The notes under the pieces are model-generated. The model made no database searches. It worked only from the letters and a program-made list of their open reading frames with translations, and was not told where the DNA came from. The position numbers and the translations under genes are program-made. Below are positions 32,492 through 41,600 of a stretch of DNA of 64,000 bases, piece by piece; the first letter of the stretch is position 1, and every line of letters starts with the position of its first letter. The DNA comes from a virus (Duplodnaviria > Caudoviricetes): the IMG/VR virus record IMGVR_UViG_3300014205_000173. One strand, 5' to 3'.

Positions 32492-35077
32492 TTAAATGTT
32501 CTTAAACTTAATAACAATTTTAGAATAGTCTAAATTCGATTGATTAATTCTTATTTCTAAAAATCTATTTAAAGTACTACTTTCAGTTATAAATTCTAAA
32601 ACCTCATCAACATTTCCTGTATATTCTGTAACTATCCCATTTTTATCATAAATATCTAAAACTACTTTGTCTGCAAATCCTGGAGAATCAATATTTAAAT
32701 ATAGTATTTTTTTGCTGTATTTCTGTGGGACAGAAAAACTATTAAAAATAATTCCACCAGAAGAAATGGCTATCTTGTTTGGAATTAAACTAGAAAAATT
32801 AGTATTAGATCCGCTTTCAATATAAGCATTTACCTTTACAGTGCCTATATCAAATCCAAAAAAATAAAAAAGTGACTCGTCTCTTATTGAGACTTTCTTT
32901 GAAATACCACCAAAATCTTCTCCCCTTTCACGAAAGTTTGCAATAATTTCAGATGGAGCATTACCTAACACTTCAAGATCAACTGGTTTGTATGAAAGAT
33001 CTCCCGTGCTTTCTAAAATAGCATATCTAAAAGCTTTTGTCCTTTTAACATCATATTTTATATGATCATAGACAAAAGTAACCTCATCTGGAAGATATGG
33101 AAAAACTCCTAAATAATCAGAATTATCTAAGGAGTTTTTTATATTTCCAAAAAAAGTAAGAGATGTTGATGTACTTTTCTTTATTTTATAATTAAAGATT
33201 TTATTACCAACTCTAATTACAGCGTATTGTCCAGACAGTGCATTTGTATCTATGTCATTTAAATCTGTAGATTCGTCTAGTCTTTCTGTATCAATAAAAC
33301 TAACATTTATACTATGCCTTACAAATGGATTTCCTGTACCAAATTGATATACAAAAAAATCACCAAAAAATGAAGCATCTAAAACGGTCTCATTGCTTTC
33401 TCTTAAATATGTAACTGAAAAATTATTAATATCTTTTATTTTATTATTATCTTTTATTTTTATATAATGACTTGATTTTTGATAAAAAAATAGTTTAAAG
33501 TTGTTTGTATTTAAAGATATTTTTCCACTTGAAACAGTTGCCTCTTCTGCATCTATATTAAAATAAAAATCGTTCGGATCAATATAGGTGTAAGGTTTTT
33601 TAAATTCAATATTCTCCTGAATATTACTTCTATTATTTATTCCTGAAACATAAATAATTTCGGCTTCATTCCTAAATGACTGGCTAACTCCCCTTTCCAT
33701 TATACATTCAGAAGAATTGTTTTGAACAATATTCCTAACTGGAGGCCAAGTATTTATAGAATAATTTGGAAAATCAAAATAGTAATTTACCAAACCCTGA
33801 GACGCAGATTCTGTTTTATTTGTATCAACATTGAAATTTAATGTTTTGTCTTTTTGCCTATATGAAGAGTTTTTTATTTCTTCAACAGAAGATCCATCTG
33901 GTGCCTTTACAAAATTTAAAGAAAATGGTATTAGATTAATTTTTTTTGGTTTAAATACATCCGCAGAACTACAAACAAGATAAGAAGAACTAAACTCATC
34001 TTTATCTGTATCAATATTTCTTGTAATAAAATTTTTACCATTATCAAGTTTTATATTTGTTTCAGGTAAAAACGTTAGATTCCTTGTATAAAGTATTGAA
34101 AAAGTCCCATATCTAACCCTATCCAAAGAAACAAGGGCGTCTATCTTTACTCTTGATGGAAGGTTAAATTTGAAAGAAAAATCAACATAATCATATCTTA
34201 TGTCATTCACGAAAACACTTTGTATCGGAAGTGCTCCAATTACAGTTTCTATTCCCTCCTGATTTACAGAAACATTTACTTGCTCTATAAGATCCGTTAG
34301 GTATGGAAACATTAACCGACACTCTCTTTCAAATATAATGTCATCTGACGATAGAATTTTTTTATAATATTCTTCCCCGGGAGGAGAATATGGTGTTTTG
34401 TGTTCTATTGTAGAACCAATTATAGTTCTATTTGAAGCTAAACCAACTGCACTATCAAAAAACTCATTTGCTATTGTTTTGCCAGTAACTACCATATAGT
34501 TACTTCTATCAAATCCAGTATTTATATATCCACTAGATTTTCTTACTTGAACTTTAAAATTAAAAGTTGGATCTATTGATATTGGGAAATAACGAGAATC
34601 ATAAGATTTTGAAGAAAATTTATAATTTATTCTTCTCTCACCATCTAAAACCTCTAATTTGCAAAAATTATCCAAATTAGTGTTCTTATTATGATTCTCA
34701 TAATTTATTTTAAGACTTGAAAATGAAAAAATTTCTATTTGATTTTTACCAACTATCTTATACTTGTTTTCACTTTCATCATAAAACAATAAACAGTTTT
34801 TTAAATTAAAACTCAAAGAAAAATCTTTAGCTGCACTCTTATCCCAAACCTTAATTTCCTCTTTTATTTCAGAACTTTTCAATAAAAATATAATATCAAT
34901 TTTTTTAAAAATATTTTTAAGTTCTAAACGATAAGATCCATCTTCCTGAGAAAAAACCTTTGGTTCAAAATTACAATTTTCGGGATAAATCATTTCAAAT
35001 TGATATTTTTGATCAACCCCAATTAATAGAGACCTCTTTTCAACGTCTACTGAAAAATCATAATAAAAATCTAACAT
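32492..35077 (-). CDS. Hypothetical protein (861 aa), probably virion-associated
   Basis: Long ORF in the operon; RYFPISIDPT motif; TNALSGQY..YKIKKSTSTSLTF repeat shared with neighbouring structural proteins. Confidence 0.5.
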   Translation of the reverse strand: MLDFYYDFSVDVEKRSLLIGVDQKYQFEMIYPENCNFEPKVFSQEDGSYRLELKNIFKKIDIIFLLKSSEIKEEIKVWDKSAAKDFSLSFNLKNCLLFYDESENKYKIVGKNQIEIFSFSSLKINYENHNKNTNLDNFCKLEVLDGERRINYKFSSKSYDSRYFPISIDPTFNFKVQVRKSSGYINTGFDRSNYMVVTGKTIANEFFDSAVGLASNRTIIGSTIEHKTPYSPPGEEYYKKILSSDDIIFERECRLMFPYLTDLIEQVNVSVNQEGIETVIGALPIQSVFVNDIRYDYVDFSFKFNLPSRVKIDALVSLDRVRYGTFSILYTRNLTFLPETNIKLDNGKNFITRNIDTDKDEFSSSYLVCSSADVFKPKKINLIPFSLNFVKAPDGSSVEEIKNSSYRQKDKTLNFNVDTNKTESASQGLVNYYFDFPNYSINTWPPVRNIVQNNSSECIMERGVSQSFRNEAEIIYVSGINNRSNIQENIEFKKPYTYIDPNDFYFNIDAEEATVSSGKISLNTNNFKLFFYQKSSHYIKIKDNNKIKDINNFSVTYLRESNETVLDASFFGDFFVYQFGTGNPFVRHSINVSFIDTERLDESTDLNDIDTNALSGQYAVIRVGNKIFNYKIKKSTSTSLTFFGNIKNSLDNSDYLGVFPYLPDEVTFVYDHIKYDVKRTKAFRYAILESTGDLSYKPVDLEVLGNAPSEIIANFRERGEDFGGISKKVSIRDESLFYFFGFDIGTVKVNAYIESGSNTNFSSLIPNKIAISSGGIIFNSFSVPQKYSKKILYLNIDSPGFADKVVLDIYDKNGIVTEYTGNVDEVLEFITESSTLNRFLEIRINQSNLDYSKIVIKFKNI

Positions 35078-36876
35078 TGCTCATTGACGATCCGTTTAAT
35101 TTCATCTTCTGAATATATCATACATGGAACTTCTTTACATCCCATATCTCTACATGGAACGCATGGCAAAATACCTTTTTTGAAATATATTTTATTTCTG
35201 TTCCCATAATATCCACCATCTCTTAGATTTGGATCAATTGGACCAAAAAAAGCCTTACATGGAGTTCCTATCAATGAAGCCATGTGAAAAACACCAGTAT
35301 CGGGAGTATAAACACAATTACTTTTTTTTATCAAAATCATTAACTCTTCTAAATCTAAACTAAATCCTAAATCTAAAACATTTTCTTTGTTTTTAATTTT
35401 TTCCAAATTTATATCTACACTATTTCCAACAACAAATACCTTATTGCCTTTTTCGGATTCTAAATCAATTATCTTCATTGCGACATCATTTGGAAAACTT
35501 CTAATAAGACAGGTTCCGCTCATACAAATTACGATTTTTTTCTGATTATTCTCTTCAAAAATTTTATTAAACCTTTCCTCTTTCTGCTGATCTATTAAAA
35601 ACTCAGGAAAGACAGCTTCAACTCCATCTACTGGAATTGAATATAAAAATTTTTCAATTCTATGAATATCTCTTTTATCGTAAAACTCTACATATTTAAT
35701 CCAATTTTGCACAAAATCAAATCTTTCTTCAAATTCTTTTATTTTTTTTGAATTATCAATATTTTCTCTTTCAGAATACGAAAAATCATAGTTTAAATTT
35801 ATTGGAATAATTTCATCTATACATTTAAATCCTTTTATAAAATTAAAATTCTCAAATTTTGTCATGTATGTAATTTTTGTATTTGGAAAAAGATTTTTAA
35901 ATCCTTGAATTGCAAACATTGACATTATTATATCACCAACGCCACCTTCCCTTATGAAAAGAACTTTAGCTCCATTGTAGAATTTAGTATACATTTTATT
36001 TTTTTTATTTGTAATTTCAAAATAAGATTTAACTTTTTCTTTATATAACAGTTCACTTTCTTCAAACTCTAAGGAAAAGTTTTTTCCCGGACCATCCGTT
36101 GTTAAATTTCCATGATGATGAACAAAAACATCTAAAGCCAAAACAGGATAGCTTGCTTTAGACATTGCAATATCATTTAAAATTTTTGCTTCGCTTCTTC
36201 TTTTTAAAAAATCAACATCAAATCCATTGCAATCAAAAAAAACTTTAGATTTAAACATTGTACAAAACACACACATTTCTTGAACAATTTTAAAATAGTT
36301 TAAATTTTGACTTTTAACATTTTTACTATAGGAGTCAAAACCATCAAACTCACAATAAATATCTTCTAGATTTTTTTCTATTTCCTCTGTTGTAAAAAAT
36401 GCTTTAGAATAAAGTTTTTTTTCAATGAAAATATCTTTTATTTCTTTATCAAATGAACAAGGAGTTTCTTCCGTACAATAGCTAGCTCTTGGGAAAATAC
36501 AAGACCAGTCCACGACATCTTTATTTTCAATTAACTTTACATGGTTTATAAAAGAATCCAACCAACCACAACTAACAAATACATCGTTGTGTAAAACTAC
36601 AAAGTAATCAGAATTTTTCCCGTGATCTTTTATTGCAGACATATACGCAAACGATACTCCAAGCTCCTTTTTATGATAAACGTATTCTATGTCAGAAATT
36701 AAAGACTCTGAAAATTCCTTTACCTTTAATCCTATTTTCTCATCACTACCATTATCAATTAAGATTAATTTGTAGAGATTTGGATTTGTATTTTTAGCTA
36801 AATACTCTACAGCTTTTAAGGTCCAAAATTTTTGGTTCTGGAACATTAAAAATATTGGTATTTTCTTGACTTCCAT
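35071..36876 (-). CDS. Bifunctional glycosyltransferase: N-terminal GT2 (GT-A) + C-terminal GT9 (heptosyltransferase-like, GT-B)
   Basis: LILIDNGS, FVVLHND, FVHHHG (GT2); VLFIREGGVGDIIM, DTGVFHMASLIGTPCKAFFGPIDP and C-terminal CVPC..C...CM (GT9). Confidence 0.9.
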   Translation of the reverse strand: MEVKKIPIFLMFQNQKFWTLKAVEYLAKNTNPNLYKLILIDNGSDEKIGLKVKEFSESLISDIEYVYHKKELGVSFAYMSAIKDHGKNSDYFVVLHNDVFVSCGWLDSFINHVKLIENKDVVDWSCIFPRASYCTEETPCSFDKEIKDIFIEKKLYSKAFFTTEEIEKNLEDIYCEFDGFDSYSKNVKSQNLNYFKIVQEMCVFCTMFKSKVFFDCNGFDVDFLKRRSEAKILNDIAMSKASYPVLALDVFVHHHGNLTTDGPGKNFSLEFEESELLYKEKVKSYFEITNKKNKMYTKFYNGAKVLFIREGGVGDIIMSMFAIQGFKNLFPNTKITYMTKFENFNFIKGFKCIDEIIPINLNYDFSYSERENIDNSKKIKEFEERFDFVQNWIKYVEFYDKRDIHRIEKFLYSIPVDGVEAVFPEFLIDQQKEERFNKIFEENNQKKIVICMSGTCLIRSFPNDVAMKIIDLESEKGNKVFVVGNSVDINLEKIKNKENVLDLGFSLDLEELMILIKKSNCVYTPDTGVFHMASLIGTPCKAFFGPIDPNLRDGGYYGNRNKIYFKKGILPCVPCRDMGCKEVPCMIYSEDEIKRIVNEQC

Positions 36877-37348
36877 AAATATCTCTCACTTGAAAGTTTT
36901 TAATTTTTATTGGCGCCACATCTGGCAATTTATTTGGATCACCAAATGTTAACTGATAGTTTGGTGTGTTCCCAAAAGCAACATCTTTAGATTCAATAAA
37001 CTTATCATCATAAACATTTCCTACATATATTGCATTTTTATTTTTCCCATAAAAAATTTCTATCGAATACTCTACGCCGATTTCAATACGAATATTGGAT
37101 TTAATATGATACCAATAAAGTCTTTCTACATCATACCTGCCAAGAAGAAGGTTAATACCATAACCACTATTTTCCAAAGATATATGAAATGATGGCTCAA
37201 AATCTATATTTGAGGCACAAAAAAAAGAATAAATACCACTAATATTACCAAATACAGTAATAAAAAAATTAATTTTACCAGAAAATGGTAATTTTCTTAA
37301 AAATACCTTCTCCTTTTGTGTTTTTATTATTTTTTTAACAATATCCAT
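36794..37348 (-). CDS. Hypothetical protein, possible concanavalin A/LamG-like fold (184 aa)
   Basis: All-beta pattern IEIGVEYSIEIFY..NAIYV...LTFG...IKIKNFQV; fills the gap between two GT genes and overlaps the next start by 83 nt. Confidence 0.45.
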   Translation of the reverse strand: MDIVKKIIKTQKEKVFLRKLPFSGKINFFITVFGNISGIYSFFCASNIDFEPSFHISLENSGYGINLLLGRYDVERLYWYHIKSNIRIEIGVEYSIEIFYGKNKNAIYVGNVYDDKFIESKDVAFGNTPNYQLTFGDPNKLPDVAPIKIKNFQVRDIYGSQENTNIFNVPEPKILDLKSCRVFS

Positions 37349-37351
37349 AAA

Positions 37352-38473
37352 TTATTTGCTTAAAATATCTATAATTTTGTTTGAAATAATCTTGTCTGAA
37401 AAGGTTTCTACCATTTGTTTTGAGGCCAACTTCCCCTTTTCTCTTGCCTTTTCTATGTCACCAAATACTTCTTTCATCCTCTCTATAAGACTATTCTCAT
37501 CTATTTTAACCCATTTCTTATTTTCAAAATTAGGATTTATTTTACACATCTCCATACTCACATTTTCAAACCCATCAATATCTACAAGATATGAATTTTC
37601 AGAATTCATAAACTGTAAATTTCCAGAATAGTTAGTTGCAATTGTAGGCTTCCCTAAAAACATCATTGAAGACAAACAAAGACCCCACCCCTCCCCCCTA
37701 TGAGGAGAAATAAGACAATCAAAACTATTCATAAAATTTGGCATTAATTTTTCATCAATAGGGTCGCCATAAAAATATATTGTTGGAATTTTATTTTTAG
37801 GTATCTTACTTTCTATAATTATTTTTTTAATTCTTTCTACTAACTTTTTTTGATCAACTAATGAGAATGAATTAAAATAAGCCTTTATTGTAAGAGAAAC
37901 ATCTCTATTCCCCTCAAACGCTTTTATGTAATTCTTAATTAATATATCTCCACCTTTCCTTGGAGTATAGTCTCCAACAAATAAAAAGTTAAACCCCTTA
38001 AGATTTTTTATATTCATTTTTTTAACATCTGAATTCCAAATCAATGGATCATGACAATGAGGAACTATATGAATCTTTTCTGATATAACACCACTATCAA
38101 TAAAATTATTCTTTGAAAATTCGCTAGCAGTCATTATTGTGTCGCAAGCATTGCAAATATCTACCCATCTTTCTGGAATTTCCATTTCACAAATAGTATA
38201 TAGAATATTTTTATTTTTAAATGAAAACTTCATTGAATCAGGAACACAATGATTAACAACTGCATTTAAATTTTCAAAATTATTTACTGCCAAATTAGAA
38301 TGAAAATTTATTTCATTGCTATCAATTCCCTGTAAATTAATATTATATGAAACATTTGTAATAATTGTATTTACTGTGCATCTATCATTTTTATTTAAAG
38401 CGTGAATATATGACCTTGCACACGATGAGTACCCGCTAGGGTCAATTGCTGTTATCCATCCAATTTTCAACAT
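37352..38473 (-). CDS. Glycosyltransferase family 4 (GT-B)
   Basis: SGY N-terminal loop, FLFVGDYTPRKGGDILI, FDCLISPHRGEGWGL..MMFLGKPTIATNYSG. Confidence 0.9.
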   Translation of the reverse strand: MLKIGWITAIDPSGYSSCARSYIHALNKNDRCTVNTIITNVSYNINLQGIDSNEINFHSNLAVNNFENLNAVVNHCVPDSMKFSFKNKNILYTICEMEIPERWVDICNACDTIMTASEFSKNNFIDSGVISEKIHIVPHCHDPLIWNSDVKKMNIKNLKGFNFLFVGDYTPRKGGDILIKNYIKAFEGNRDVSLTIKAYFNSFSLVDQKKLVERIKKIIIESKIPKNKIPTIYFYGDPIDEKLMPNFMNSFDCLISPHRGEGWGLCLSSMMFLGKPTIATNYSGNLQFMNSENSYLVDIDGFENVSMEMCKINPNFENKKWVKIDENSLIERMKEVFGDIEKAREKGKLASKQMVETFSDKIISNKIIDILSK

Positions 38474-38675
38474 CCGTTATTTCCAGTAACTCAAATTCTT
38501 CTTCTGGGTTTTCGTCATTAATTTTATTTTTATTCTTAAAAACAAAACTTTTTTTAAAGAAAGAAACTATATCCTCAGTTCCCCAATCATTTGGGTAATA
38601 TATTTCTCCCTTAGACGGGAAAACATTCCCTATTTTTATTGTTTTTATTTTTCCATCTTTTATTCCAGCTATCAT
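38442..38675 (-). CDS. Hypothetical protein (77 aa)
   Basis: ATGA overlap with the stop of the 1403-aa gene; fills the gap to GT4; composition matches neighbours. Confidence 0.6.
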   Translation of the reverse strand: MIAGIKDGKIKTIKIGNVFPSKGEIYYPNDWGTEDIVSFFKKSFVFKNKNKINDENPEEEFELLEITDVENWMDNSN

Positions 38676-41600
38676 GTACTAAAAACCAACCCGTCAAATG
38701 ATGATGTAAATAAAGGTCTAACACTATTTGCTCCAATGCTAAACTTAACTGAAGCGTCAGAAGTTTCCCTTCCCCATTCCCAGTTTTTAGTACCATCTGG
38801 CTTTATCTTTTCAAACCTAGAAATACTATCGGCACCAGCCACGCCTCTCTTTAAGTCACTTAAAGCAACATAAATATCTCCATAATCTGTGTTTTCAAAA
38901 GTTTTTGGATCAAATCTAGCATCCATAGGATAAGTACCATCATCATCTAAACTGATTTGTGTTGGCAAGTCATATGTACTTGTGGTACTATTTTTTCTGA
39001 AAACATAAAGGCCATTATTTTTCTCTCCAGTTAATGATATAAGTAAAAACTCACCTTTCTTTTCGATAGAGCCCTTTATTCCAAAAAAACTATTTGTTTC
39101 AAAAGAAGGGTTAGACTCATTTTCAAACCCAAAAGATCCTTGTGGGAAATTTGAATTTGATTCAATCTTACTCAAAGAACTAGACTTATAAGCTTCTCTT
39201 GGATTTATTTTCATATACCAAGATTCAAAAATAGAGTCATCCCAGCTATAAGGTCTTGCCTTTTTAAGAATATACATGTATCCATACTCGTCTATATTGA
39301 AAGCAACAGTTCCTTGAATCGGCAAAAACATAAGATTATAACTATTTGTAACAGAACCTTTATTCCCTATTTTCAATATATTAATTCTTTGATTTGCACC
39401 ATTTAGGTCCTCAACAGGAACTTCAGAGTTTTCGAACTTAACAATAGAAGATGCTGTAGGAATTAATGTTTCACTATCAGGATGGAAATTCACATCTAAA
39501 ATTGGACTAGAAATACTTTCAATCCAATTACCAGTTTCTGCACTTACAAAAAACGCCAAAACACCTCTATCTACAGCATAAATACTTTCTGAATCAGAAA
39601 GATTTCTAGAAAGACCTTTATACCTTATGTTGAAGTTTTCTGGAATAACATTTATATCACTTTCAACCGAAGTATCATTTGGTGTAATTACACCGTCAAA
39701 CCAAGATGAAATCTCATGACTAAAAATAACATAAAGAACACCATTATCTCCCAATTGCCTATTAAAAACAACGTTTACCACCTTCCCTTCTAAACTAGCA
39801 GGTATTGATGGATCGGCTTCATAAACCCTATTGAAAGCAAACTCGGAAACATACATATTTACAATATCACGATTAGTGTCTATCTCTATAATTCTACTTG
39901 AGTCTCTATCTAAAAACATTATATTACCACTTGACATTATCTTTAAATCAGTAATATCACCAACCAAGCCAGAAGATTCCTCATTTAAAATCTGAAGTGC
40001 TGTTTTTGGTAAATTACTTCCAGTATAATTATTAGTATATTTTTCATTAAATGTGGATTTAAGCTCTGTTACTTTCTTGTTTGATCCATAAATAATATTT
40101 CCAGTTCTAGAAGTTTCTAATATTGAAACTTCACCTGAAGTAATTTTTGTATTTTCAATACTTCTATATGAATCAAAATCATCTTGTGCAGATATTGTCA
40201 AAGAACCTGATGTTGTTTCTGTAGAATAATTTATGGTTAAAGAATTTAAAACAGGAGTTGCCTTATTATCGCTTGTTGGAAGTAAAACAACTCTTATTGA
40301 AATCCCATATGAAGTACTATATATTTGTGAAAAAACTTCAGGTAATGATTCTCCTGAAGACAAATACGTTCTTAATAAATCACCTGAATCAGGTCCAAAC
40401 TCCTGAACAAACAAAGAACTATAAACTCCTCCCTCCATAAACTCAGATGACTTCTTTGTAAAGAAAAGGTTTTCTCTATAGTCAGACTCCCCTGCATCAG
40501 CTCCAACTATAATTGATGCATTTTTCTTTATCTGTAAATAAATTGCAGAATCTCCGGGTTCTGTTGACACCCAAGAAATAGACTCAATAGATATGGGATC
40601 TGGAAAATCTATAGTTAAATTTTCAAGTTTGTTATTGTCTATATTAGAAGAATATTCAAAAGATCCTGAAAAATACACGTTGTTTATATCAACTAACATT
40701 TCAGATAACTCAATAGAATCAATAACCTCTAACTGAGATCTAGAACCTTGAGGCCAACTTAAAGGTTTTGCTTGGTTTTGAATAACATCATAACCGTCGT
40801 CTCTTGAGGTTAAAAGATATATGCCAGTAACTCCTACCTTTAAAACATCCCATCCCGGATCAGTTAATGCAGTGCTAGGAGGTGTCGTTACAGTGAACTC
40901 TAAAGAAGTGTCATCAACATACCCAAACAAAAATTCCATTTTTGAACTTACTAATTCGGCTGAAATAGTTACTGTTGGAACTCCATTTTCATCCAAATCA
41001 TTTGATTGAAATGGCTCATCGTCTCCACGACCAAAGAACCTATATGTAGACGGCACTGAAGAGTCACCTATATATCTATAATAATATCTTGCTGGATATT
41101 CAGAATAACTTGGATTAGTTACCTCAATAATGAGGTCCATATCGTAATCATATGTCCAATTAGGATCTAAAATAGCATCTGAACTATTTGTTTGTTTTAA
41201 TAAGAAATTTAAAAACATATTTTCAGAAACATCATAAAGATCTTCCCAAACAGCAAACATAATAGATTTATCACTTTCTATTCTTGTTATGTTTCCATCC
41301 TTTACAGATAAAATACTTGTGTATGAATACATTGAAGTAGAATCTGGAGTTGTAGAAGAAGATACGTTACTAGATCTTCTTTTTTTACCAGAAACAATCC
41401 CGTCATAAAGGCTTGCTGCTTGTGATCCAAATGAAATTAATTTTTTAGAATCAATATATGACGGACTAGTTGTTGCACTTAGTAATGGATAAGAAGTAGC
41501 CCTGTCCGTTGTATCTAATAAATCGGAGTATAGGTCTCCATCATCTTTGCTATGAACTAATTGATCCGCACCTAATGGATTTAGAAATATAATTGCGTTT

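Noticed and set aside
35071-38473. Host LPS/capsule locus or GtrABC serotype conversion cassette
   Set aside because: No flippase, polymerase, sugar synthesis or multi-pass membrane protein; the genes are coupled into the virion operon.
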